64,000 bases of DNA from Heptranchias perlo (taxonomy: Eukaryota): contig NW_027139217.1 in the NCBI RefSeq assembly GCF_035084215.1, forward strand, positions 310,001 to 374,000, in the 5' to 3' direction. Below, one piece after another: positions 11,501 through 23,500 of this stretch. A model generated the notes under the pieces. That model made no database searches. It saw nothing but the letters and a program-made list of their open reading frames with translations, and was not told the origin of the DNA. Position 1 is the stretch's first letter, and the number at the start of each line of letters is the position of its first letter. A program made the translations under genes and the position numbers.

Positions 11501-14500
11501 GGTATGTGGGTGATGGGGGTGTCGTGTGTGGGGCAGTTGGTTGGAGACACCACTTGACAGTTGACCTCACTCACCTTGACCACTCATGTCAGAGCATTGA
11601 ACTTCTTCCTGCACTGCGTCCATGTTCATGATGCTGTGGGCCTGGCATTGACTTTGTCCCCCGCTGCCTTGGGAGCATATATCTGGAGGGCCTCTTGACC
11701 CCCCGCGGATATAGGATGTCCCTCCTTCTGTCCACCTCTTGCACCAAGGCCTCTCGTGCATCATCAGAGAACCTTGGTGCTCGCAGTCTCACAGGCCTGG
11801 TACCAACTCAGATCGGCAGATTGGTGAGGTCTGACCTGCAGATTGGAGGATGTGGGATTTAGTAGTGTGCAACCTTTATTCAATGTTTTAACATAACTCA
11901 ACAGTTTGTAAACATAGGGAGGGGACCTGTATCTGTGTTTTACGTGTGCGATGTCTGATCTCCGTTCAGACTCTGTCCGAACCCGTATCTTATATTTTGC
12001 AAATATCAGAGTCCCTCAAACGTTGAGCAGCCCAGTTGTTGCTCATTAAAAATTCCACAGTTCCCATCATCATCGTGTTTCACGATATTGCAGCACAGAT
12101 TCACTTCACCATTGACTTCCTCCACTTCCTGCAGACACACTGCACCTTCCCTTTAAGAGGTGCAGGCTGCCTTTAAGTGGTGCGAGCCACTCGTGATATC
12201 TGGGCCCCTGCTGGTGAGCAGCCACTCACAGTGCAGGGAATGCTGGCTGGACGCAGCAATCAGGTAAATCACCAGGCAGCACGAATGTTACGTTCTTCCC
12301 ACATCTCACCGACCGGGCACGGGTTCATCACGACCCGTGGAAGTGGTTTTCTCGGGCGGACCGAAAACACACCTCTTACTATAAGTTCAGGAACGATCGG
12401 GACACTCGCTGGGAGCACGGGGGGTCCTTTAAATACACAGATTGTGGTCCAGGGGGTCCTTTAAATATATAGATTGAGGTTCGGGGGTCCTTTAAATACA
12501 CTGATCGGGGTCCGGGGGGTCCTTTAAATACACTGATCGGGGTCCGGTGGGGGGGGTCCTTAAATACCCAGGCCGGGGTCCGGGGGTCCTTTAAATACAC
12601 TGATCGGGGTCCGGGGGGTCCTTTAAATACACTGATCGGGGTCCGGGGGATCCTTTAAATACACTGATCGGGGTCCGGGGGGGTCCTTTAAATACACTGA
12701 TCGGGGTCCGGGGGGTCCTTTAAATACACAGATCGGGGTCCGGGGATCCTTTAAATACACTGATCGTGGTCCGGGGGGTCCTTTAAATACACAGATCGGG
12801 GTCCGGGGATCCTTTAAATACACTGATCGTGGTCCGGGGATCCTTTAAATACACAGATCGGGGTCCGGGGGTCCTTTAAATACACAGATCGGGGTCCGGG
12901 GGTCCTTTAAATACACAGATCGGGGTCCGGGGGTCCTTTAAATACACTGATCGGGGTCCGGGGATCCTTTAAATACACTGATCGGGGTCCGGTGGGGGGG
13001 GGTCCTTAAATACCCAGGCCGGGGTCCAGGGGTCCTTTAAATACACTGATCGGGCTCCAGGGATCCTTAAAATACACTGATCGGGGTCCGGGGGATCCTT
13101 TAAATACACTGATCGGGGTCCGGGGGGTCCTTTAAATACACAGATCGTGGTCCGGGGGTACTTTAAATACACTGATCGGGGTCCGGGGGGTCCTTTAAAT
13201 ACACAGATCGTGGTCCGGGGGTCCTTTAAATACACTGATCGGGGTCCGGGGGGTCCTTTAAATACACTGATCGGGGTCCGGGGGTCGTTTAAATACACTG
13301 ATCGGGGTCCGGGGGTCCTTTAAATACACTGATCGGGGTCCAGGGGTCCTTTAAATATACTGATCGGGGTCCGGGGGGTCCTTTAAATACACTGATCGGG
13401 GTCCGGGGGTCATTTAAATACACAGATCGGGGTCCGGGGGTCCTTTAAATACACTGATCGGGTTCCGGGGGTCCTTTAAATATACTGATCGTGGTCCGGG
13501 GGGTCCTTTAAATACACTGATCGGGGTCCGGAGGGTCCTTTAAATACACTGATCGGGGTCCGGGGGGTCCTTTAAATACACTGATCGGGGTCCGGGGGTC
13601 CTTTAAATACACTGATCGGGGTCCCGGGGTCCTTTAAATACACTGATCGGGGTCCGGGGGTCCTTTAAATACACTGATCGGGGTCCGGGGATCCTTTAAA
13701 TACACTGATCGGGGTCCGGGGGATCCTTTAAATACACTGATCGGGGTCCGGGGGTCCTTTAAATACACTGATCGGGGTCCGGGGGTCCTTTAAATACACT
13801 GATCGGGGTCCGGGGATCCTTTAAATACACTGATCGGGGTCCGGGGGGTCCTTTAAATACACTGATCAGGGTCCGGGGGTCCTTTAAATACACTGGTTGG
13901 GGTCCGGGGGTCCTTTAAATACACTGATTGTCTCCGTAACCCATCTGCCCACTTCCCCCCTCCCCCCACCCCCGGCTTCCCAGGTGATTTCCGACTGTGA
14001 GCTGGGTGGTGATGGGATGGTGGACGGGGTCTCGGACTGGGTCTGACTGACCCCCTGTGTTTGATTGACAGGAATCCACATGATCCAGCAGATGACCGGC
14101 TGTGATCTGGGGGATGATGGGATCACCAGTGGGTTCTTTCAGTACGCCTGGGACGGGGAGGATTTCATCAACTTCGACAGGGATCAGATGGTGTGGGTAA
14201 CACCGGTACAGTGGGGAGAGATCACCAAGAACAAGTGGGACCAGGACACGCCCCGGAACCAAGGGGTGAAGGGATACCTGGAGGGGGAGTGCATCGAGTG
14301 GCTGAGGAAATACCTGGAGTACGGAGAGAGGGAACTGAGGGCCGGTGAGTGAGGGGGGAGTGAGAGTCGGTGAGTGAGGGGGGACTGAGAGTCGGTGGGT
14401 GAGGGGGGGAGTGAGAGTCAGTGAATGAGGGGGGACTGAGAGTCGGTGAGTGAAGGGGGGGACTGAGAGTCGGTGAGTGAGGGGGGAGTGAGAGTCGGTG

Positions 14501-17500
14501 AGTGAGGGGACGAGTGAGAGTCGGTGAGTGGGGGGGGGGAGTGAGAGTCGGTGAGTGAAGGGGGGACTGAGAGTCGGTGAGTGATGGGACGAGTGAGAGT
14601 CGGTGAGTGAGGGGAGGAGTGAGAGTCGGTGAGTGAGGGGAGGAGTGAGAGTCGGGGAGTGAGGGGAGGAGTGAGAGTCGGTGAGTGAGGGGGGGAGTGA
14701 GAGTCGGTGAGTGAGGGGAGGAGTGAGAGTCGGGGAGTGAGGGGAGGAGTGAGAGTCGGTGAGTGAGGGGGGGGAGTGAGAGTCGGGGAGTGAGGGAGGG
14801 GACAGAGTCGGTGAGTGAGGGGGGAGTGAGAGTCGGTGAGTGATGGGACGAGTGAGAGTCGGGGAGTGAAGGGAGGAGTGAGAGTCGGTGAGTGAAGGGG
14901 GGGACTGAGAGTCGGTGAGTGATGGGACGAGTGAGAGTCGGTGAGTGAGGGGAGGAGTGAGAGTCGGTGAGTGAGGGGAGGAGTGAGAGTCGGGGAGTGA
15001 GGGGAGGAGTGAGAGTCGGTGAGTGAGGGGGGGAGTGAGAGTCGGTGAGTGAGGGGAGGAGTGAGAGTCGGGGAGTGAGGGGAGGAGTGAGAGTCGGTGA
15101 GTGAGGGGGGGGAGTGAGAGTCGGGGAGTGAGGGGGGAGTGAGAGTCGGTGAGTGATGGGACGAGTGAGAGTCGGTGAGTGAGGGGAGGAGTGAGAGTCG
15201 GTGAGTGAGGGGAGGAGTGAGAGTCGGGGAGTGAGGGGAGGAGTGAGAGTCGGTGAGTGAGGGGGGGAGTGAGAGTCGGTGAGTGAGGGGAGGAGTGAGA
15301 GTCGGGGAGTGAGGGGAGGAGTGAGAGTCGGTGAGTGAGGGGGGGAGTGAGAGTCGGGGAGTGAGGGAGGGGACTGAGAGTCGGTGAGTGAGGGGGGAGT
15401 GAGAGTCGGTGAGTGAGGGGGGGAATGGGGTCTAATCCCCAGTTTAAAGGGGTTTGTCCCGTTCCCTGGGGTCTAATCCCCAGTTTAAAGGAGTTTGTAC
15501 CATTCCCTGGGGTCTAATCCCCAGTTTAAAGGGGTTTGTCCCGTTCCCTGGGGTCTAATCCCCAGTTTAAAGGGGTTTGTCCCGTTCCCTGGGGTCTAAT
15601 CCCCAGTTTAAAGGGGTTTGCACCGTTCCCTGTCTCACACTGACTCGGCTCTGATCTGTTTTACTCTCAGTTACTCCCCAAGTGTTTCTTTCTGTGGACA
15701 AGGCCTCAGACACTAAACCGGCCCAACTCTCCTGCCTGGTCACGGGGTTTTACCCTCGAGATATCGAACTCACCCTCCTGAGAAATGGACGGCCGATCTC
15801 AGACACTGATTCCACTGGCATCCTGCCCAACCACGATGGCACCTACCAGATCAAGAGATGGGTTGAGATCGGGCCCGAGGACGGAGCCACCTACTCCTGT
15901 CAGGTGGATCACAGCAGCAAAGCAGGAGTGGAGACCCGAGACTGGGGTAAGAGGATCAGTGAGTGCAGGGGGAGAGTCTGAGGCTGAGGATTAAAGATGT
16001 TTCTATCGCCTCTCCTCATTCTTCCTTCGAAAATACATCACTTCACACTTCTCTGTGTTAAATTTCATCTGCCATGTGTCTGCCCATTTCACCAGTCTGT
16101 CTGTGTCCTCCTGAACTCTGTTACTATCCTCCACATTGTTTACTACATTTCCGAGTTTCGTGTCAGCTGCAAACTTTGAAATTATACCCTCTATACCTGT
16201 GACGGGGAAATTTTATTCAGAAATACAAGAGATTTCCAAACCTGCCTGTCTATAATGAGCAGCACCATATATCTGGGTTACACTGAGTTATTGACTGGCT
16301 GGGATCTGTGTGTCAGGTGAAGGAGGCCGTTCGTCCATTGAACTCCTCAACCTTCCATAGAAAGGCCGTATCACCCATCACTATACTTCCACCAGCCGAC
16401 TCTGAGACTGTGCTGGGGATTCCTCACTTGTGGAGGGGACTAGTAATGACTTTGGACTGATGGGTAATTCCAATATCTGCAGACAAGCAACAACTTGTAT
16501 TTATAAAGTGCCTTTAATGGAGAGAAACGTCCCAAAGTGCTTCCCAGGAGTGGAATCAAAGCCACGCTGAACTTTCTAACCTCCAACTTGCTCTGATCAG
16601 ACTGCCCATCACATCGCAGACTCGAATCGAACTCAGTCTCAGGCACAGCTTTGGTCTCATTACTTCCTAATCAGCAGCGACTGTCGTTATTCATTTCTCT
16701 CCTCCTTATTCCCCCCACAGATGGGACGTTCCGAGTGACTCCGGGATCTTCAGAGGGACCGAATCTGGGTTTAATTGTTGGAATTGTTCTTGCTGCCGTC
16801 GCCCTGATTGCTCTCGTCATTGGTGCCGTTGTCTGGAAGAAGAGAGGTAGGAAATGAGGACAGGATCTGTCCCACACGGGGATGAGCAGGTTCAAATGTT
16901 ACAGCACAAATGGCAGAACATTAGAGACTTCCCATCGACATGTGGGAAACTCCGACACAGTCCAGTGATGGACAGGGCCCCGTACGGGGAGTGAAGGGAC
17001 CGGGGCCCATACAGGGAGTGAAGGGACCGGGGCCCCGTACGGGGAGTGAAGGGACCGGGGCCCCGTACGGGGAGTGAAGGGACCGGGGCCCCGTACGGGG
17101 AGTGAAGGGACCGGGGCCCCGTACGGGGAGTGAAGGGACCGGGGCCCCGTACGGGGAGTGAAGGGACCGGGGCCCCGTACGGGGAGTGAAGGGACCGGGG
17201 CCCCGTACGGGGAGTGAAGGGACCGGGGCCCCGTACGGGGAGTGAAGGGACCGGGGCCCCGTACGGGGAGTGAAGGGACCGGGGCCCCGTACGGGGAGTG
17301 AAGGGACCGGGGCCCCGTACGGGGAGTGAAGGGACCGGGGCCCCGTACGGGGAGTGAAGGGACCGGGGCCCCGTACGGGGAGTGAAGGGACCGGGGCCCC
17401 GTACGGGGAGTGAAGGGACCGGGGCCCCGTACGGGGAGTGAAGGGACCGGGGCCCCGTACGGGGAGTGAAGGGACCGGGGCCCCGTACGGGGAGTGAAGG

Positions 17501-20500
17501 GACCGGGGCCCCGTACGGGGAGTGAAGGGACCGGGGCCCCGTACGGGGAGTGAAGGGACTGGGCCTGATTGGGGAGTGAAGGGACCGGGTGAAGAGAGGA
17601 TATTGTCCGATGCCTGTTTCTCAGTGAGCCTCCTGTGAGTGCCCACAGGGAAATCTGGTCATTGCCCCTGTTTCTGGAGTAAGTTTGTGTCGGCGAGGGG
17701 CTGTGCTGATCGAGGAGCTGTTTGTAACTGAAGTTCCGTCTGTTTCTGTCTCTTGTAGGAGGAGAGAAAAAATCTGGTTACAGCCCAGCAAATCGTAAGT
17801 GTGCAAATAGTGCAAGGGTGGGTGTGTCTGTGGGTGTCTCTGTCTGTCTGTGTGTGTCTCTGTCTGTGTGCGTCTCTGTGTGTGTCTCTCTGTGCATCTT
17901 TATCTATGTGTGTGTGTGTGTCCCTCTCTCTCTCTCTCTGAGTGTGTGTCTCTCTCTGTGTGTCTCTCTCTCTCTCTCTCTGAGTGTGTGTCTCTTTGTG
18001 CCTCTCGCTCTCTTTGTGCCCCTCTCTCTCTGCGTGCGCCTCTCTTTCTCTCTGTGTGCCACTCTCTCTCTCTGCGTGCGCCTCTCTTTCTCTCTGCGTG
18101 CGCCTCTCTCTCTCTCTGTGTGCGCCTCCCTTTCTCTCTGTGTGCGCCTCTCTCTCTCTGTGTCCGCCTCTCTTTCTCTCTGTGTGTGCCTCTCTTTCTC
18201 TCTGTGTGCGCCTCTCTCTCTCTCTCTGTGTCCGCCTCGCTCTCTCTCTGTGTCCGCCTCTCTTTCTCTCTGCGTGCGCCTCTCTTTCTCTCTGTGTGCC
18301 TCTCTCTCTCTCTGCGTGCGCCTCTCTTTCTCTCTGCGTGCGCCTCTCTCTCTCTCTGTGTGCGCCTCCCTTTCTCTCTGTGTGCGCCTCTCTCTCTCTG
18401 TGTCCGCCTCTCTTTCTCTCTGTGTGTGCCTCTCTTTCTCTCTGTGTGCGCCTCTCTCTCTCTCTCTGTGTCCGCCTCTCTCTCTCTCTGTGTCCGCCTC
18501 TCTTTCTCTCTGTGTGTGCCTCTCTTTCTCTCTGTGTGTGCCTCTCTCTCTCTTTGTGCCCCTCTCTCTCTGCGTGCGCCTCTCTCTCTCTCTGCGTGCC
18601 CCTCTCTCTCTGCGTGCGCCTCTCTCTCTCTCTGCGTGCGCCTCTCTCTCTCTCTGCGTGCGCCTCTCTCTCTCTCTGTGTGCGCCTCTCTCTCTGTGTG
18701 TGCGCCTATCTTTCTCTCTGTGTGCGCCTCTCTCTCTCTCTGTGTGCGCCTCTCTCTCTCTCTGTGTGCGCCTCTCTCTCTCTCTGTGTGCGCCTCTCTC
18801 TCCCTCTGCGTGCGCCTCTCTCTCTCTCTGTGCGCCTCTCTCTCTCTCTGTGTGCGCCTCTCTTTCTCTCTGTGTGCGCCTCTCTTTCTCCCTGTGTGCG
18901 CCTCTCTTTCTCTCTGTGTGCGCCTCTCTTTCTCTCTGTGTGTGCCTCTCTCTCTCTTTGTGCCCCTCTCTCTCTGCGTGCGCCTCTCTCTCTCTCTGCG
19001 TGCCCCTCTCTCTCTGCGTGCGCCTCTCTCTCTCTCTGCGTGCGCCTCTCTCTCTCTCTGCGTGCGCCTCTCTCTCTCTCTGTGTGCGCCTCTCTCTCTG
19101 TGTGCGCCTCTCTCTCTCTCTGTGTGCGCCTCTCTCTCTCTCTGCGTGCCCCTCTCTCTCTGCGTGCGCCTCTCTCTCTCTCTGCGTGCGCCTCTCTCTC
19201 TCTCTGCGTGCGCCTCTCTCTCTCTCTGCGTGCGCCTCTCTCTCTCTCTGCGTGCGCCTCTCTCTCTGTGTGTGCGCCTATCTTTCTCTCTGCGTGCGCC
19301 TCTCTCTCTCTCTGCGTGCGCCTCTCTCTCTCTGTGTGCGCCTCTCTCTCTGTGTGCGCCTCTCTCTCCCTCTGCGTGCGCCTCTCTCTCTCTCTCTGTG
19401 CGCCTCTCTCTCTCTCTGTGTGCGCCTCTCTTTCTCTCTGCGTGCGCCTCTCTCTCTGCGTGCGCCTCTCTCTGCGTGCGCATCTCTTTCTCTCTGTGTG
19501 CGCCTCTCTCTCTGTGCGCCTCTCTCTCTCTCTCTCTGCGTGCGCCTCTCTCTCTCTCTCTCTGCGTGCACCTCCCTCTCTGCGTGCGCATCTCTTTCTC
19601 TCTGCGTGCGCCTCTCTCTCTGTGCGCCTCTCTCTCTCTCTCTGCGTGCGCCTCTCTCTCTCTCTCTCTGCGTGCGCCTCTCTCTATCTCTCTGTGTGCG
19701 CCTCTCTCTCTCTCTGTGTGCGCCTCTCTCTCTCTCTGTGTGCGCCTCTCTTTCTCTCTGTGTGCGCCTCTCTTTCTCTCTGTGTGCGCCTCTCTCTCTC
19801 TGCGTGCGCCTCTCTCTCTCTCTGCGTGCACCTCTCTTTCTCTCTGCGCGCGCCTCTCTTTCTCTCTGTGTGCGCCTCTCTTTCCCTCTGTGTGCGTCTC
19901 TCTCTCTCTGTGTGCGCCTCTCTTTCCCTCTGTGTGCGCCTCTCTCTCTCTCTGCGTGCGCCTCTCTTTCCCTCTGTGTGCGCCTCTCTCTCTCTGCGTG
20001 CGCCTCTCTCTCTCTGCGTGCGCCTCTCTTTCCCTCTGTGTGCGCCTCTCTCTCTCTGTGTGCGCCTCTCTCTCTCTGTGTGCGCCTCTCTTTCTCTCTG
20101 TGTGCGCCTCTCTCTCTCTCTGTGTGCGCCTCTCTCTCTCTGTGTGCGCCTCTCTTTCTCTCTGTGTGCGCCTCTCTCTCTCTGCGTGCGCCTCTCTCTC
20201 TCTGTGTGCGCCTCTCTTTCTCTCTGTGTGCGCCTCTCTCTCTCTCTGTGTGCGCCTCTCTCTCTCTGCGTGCGCCTCTCTCTCTCTGTGTGCGCCTCTC
20301 TCTCTCTGTGTGCGCCTCTCTTTCTCTCTGTGTGCGCCTCTCTCTCTCTGCGTGCGCCTCTCTCTCTCTGTGTGCGCCTCTCTCTCTCTGTGTGCGCCTC
20401 TCTCTCTCTCTGTGTGCGCCTCTCTTTCCCTCTGTGTGCGCCTCTCTCTCTCTTTGTGCCCCTCTCTTTCCCTCTGTGTGCGCCTCTCTCTCTCTGTGTG

Positions 20501-23500
20501 CGCCTCTCTCTCTCTGTGTGCGCCTCTCTCTCTCTGTGTGCGCCTCTCTCTCTCTGCGTGCGCCTCACTTTCTCTGCGTGCGCCTCTCTCTCTCTGTGTG
20601 CGCCTCTCTCTCTCTCTGTGTGCGCCTCTCTTTCCCTCTGTGTGCGCCTCTCTCTCTCTCTGTGTGCGCCTCTCTTTCTCTCTGTGTGCGCCTCTCTCTC
20701 TCTGTGTGCGCCTCTCTCTCTCTCTGTGTGCGCCTCTCTCTCTGTGCGCCTCTCTCTCTCTCTCTGTGTCCGCCTCTCTCTCTCTCTCTGTCCGCCTCTC
20801 TTTCTCTCTGTGTGTGCCTCTCTTTCTCTCTGTGTGCGCCTCTCTCTCTCTGCGTGCGCCTCTCTCTCTCTCTCTGTGCGCCTCTCTCTCTCTCTATGTG
20901 CGCCTCTCTTTCCCTCTGTGTGCGCCTCTCTCTCTCTCTCTGCGTGCGCCTCTCTCTCTCTCTGTGTGCGCCTCTCTCTCTCTGTGTGCGCCTCTCTCTC
21001 TCTCTCTGTGTCCGCCTCTCTCTCTCTCTCTGTCCGCCTCTCTTTCTCTCTGTGTGCGCCTCTCTCTCTCTCTGTGTGCGCCTCTCTCTCTCTCTATGTG
21101 CGCCTCTCTTTCCCTCTGTGTGCGCCTCTCTCTCTCTCTGTGTGCGCCTCTCTCTCTCTGTGTGCGCCTCTCTCTCTCTCTCTGTGTCCGCCTCTCTCTC
21201 TCTCTCTGTGTCCGCCTCTCTCTCTCTCTCTGTCCGCCTCTCTCTCTCTCTGTGTGCGCCTCTCTTTCTCTCTGTGTGCGCCTCTCTCTCTCTGCGTGTG
21301 CCTCTCTTTCTCTCTGCGTGCGCCTCTCTTTCTCTCTGTGTGCGCCTCTCTTTCTCTCTGTGTGCGCCTCTCTCTCTCTGTGTGCGCCTCTCTCTCTCTG
21401 CGTGTGCCTCTCTTTCTCTCTGCGTGCGCCTCTCTTTCTCTCTGCGTGCGCCTCTCTCTCTCTGTGTGTGCGCCTCTCTTTCTCTCTGTGTGCGCCTCTC
21501 TTTCTCTCTGCGTGCGCCTCTCTTTCTCTCTGCGTGCGCCTCTCTTTCTCTCTGCGTGCGCCTCTCTTTCTCTCTGCGCGCGCCTCTCTTTCTCTCTGTG
21601 TGCGCCTCTCTTTGTCTCTGTGTGCGCCTCTCTCTCTCTGTGTGCGCCTCTCTTTCTCTCTGTGTGCGCCTCTCTCTCTCTGTGTGCGCCTCTCTTTCTC
21701 TCTGTGTGCGCCTCTCTTTCTCTCTGCGCGCGCCTCTCTCTCTCTCTGCGTGCGCCTCTCTTTCTCTCTGCGTGCGCCTCTCTTTGTCTCTGTGTGCGCC
21801 TCTCTTTGTCTCTGTGTGCGCCTCTCTCTCTCTCTGTGTGCCCCTCTCTCTCTGTGTGCGCCTCTCTTTCTCTGCGTGCGCCTCTCTCTCTCTGTGTGCG
21901 CCTCTCTCTCTCTCTCTGTGCGCCTCTCTTTCTCTCTGCGTGTGCCTCTCTCTCTCTGTGTGCGCCTCTCTCTCTGTGTGCGCCTCTCTCTCTCTGCGTG
22001 TGCCTCTCTCTCTCTCTGTGTGCGCCTCTCTCTCTCTCTGCGTGCGCCTCTCTCTCTGTGTGCGCCTCTCTCTCTCTGCGTGTGCCTCTCTCTCTCTCTG
22101 TGTGCGCCTCTCTTTCCCTCTGTGTGCGCCTCTCTTTCTCTGCGTGCGCCTCTCTCTCTCTGCGTGCGCCTCTCTCTCTCTCTGTGTGCGCCTCTCTTTC
22201 TCTCTGTGTGCGCCTCTCTCTCTCTGTGTGCGCCTCTCTCTCTCTCTGTGTGCGCCTCTCTTTCTCTCTGTGTGCGCCTCTCTCTCTCTGCGTGCGCCTC
22301 TCTCTCTCTCTGTGTGCGCCTCTCTTTCTCTCTGTGTGCGCCTCTCTTTCCCTCTGTGTGCGCCTCTCTCTCTCTCTGTGTGCGCCTCTCTTTCTCTCTG
22401 TGTGCGCCTCTCTTTCTCTGCGTGCGCCTCTCTCTCTCTGCGTGCGCCTCTCTCTCTCTCTGCCCGCGCCTCTCTCTCTCTCTGCGTGCGCCTCTCTCTC
22501 TCTCTGTGTGCGCCTCTCTTTGTCTCTGTGTGCGCCTCTCTCTCTCTGTGTGCGCCTCTCTTTCTCTCTGTGTGCGCCTCTCTCTCTCTGTGTGCGCCTC
22601 TCTTTCCCTCTGTGTGCGCCTCTCTCTCTCTCTGTGTGCGCCTCTCTTTCTCTGCGTGCGCCTCTCTCTCTCTCTGCCCGCGCCTCTCTCTCTCTCTGCG
22701 CGCGCCTCTCTCTCTCTCTGCGCGCGCCTCTCTTTGTCTCTGCGTGCGCCTCTCTCTCTCTCTCTCTGCGCGCGCCTCTCTTTGTCTCTGTGTGCCCCTC
22801 TCTCTCTGTGTGCGCCTCTCTCTCTCTCTGCGTGCGCCTCTCTTTCTCTCTGCGTGCGCCTCTCTCTCTTTCTCTCTGCGTGCGCCTCTCTTTCTCTGCG
22901 TGCGCCTCTCTCTCTCTCTGCGTGCGCCTCTCTCTCTCTCTGCGTGCGCCTCTCTCTCTCTCTGCGTGCGCCTCTCTTTCTCTCTGCGTGCGCCTCTCTT
23001 TCTCTCTGCGTGCGCCTCTCTTTCTGTCTGCGTGCGCCTCTCTTTCTCTCTGCGTGCGCCTCTCTTTCTCTCTGCGTGCGCCTCTCTGTCTCTCTGCGTG
23101 CGCCTCTCTTTCTCTCTGCGTGCGCCTCTCTTTCTCTCTGCGTGCGCCTCTCTCTTTCTCTGCGTGCGCCTCTCTCTCTCTCTGTGTGCGCCTCTCTTTC
23201 TCTCTGCGTGCGCCTCTCTTTCTCTCTGCGTGCGCCTCTCTTTCTCTCTGCGTGCGCCTCTCTTTCTGCATGCGCCTCTCTTTCTCTCTGCGTGCGCCTC
23301 TCTTTCTCTCTGCGTGCGCCTCTCTTTCTCTCTGCGTGCGCCTCTCTTTCTCTCTGCGTGCGCCTCTCTTTCTCTCTGCGTGCGCCTCTCTTTCTCTCTG
23401 CGTGCGCCTCTCTCATTCTCTCTGCGTGCGCCTCTCTTTCTCTCTGCGTGCGCCTCTCTCTTTCTCTCTGCGTGCGCCTCTCTTTCTCTCTGCGTGCGCC

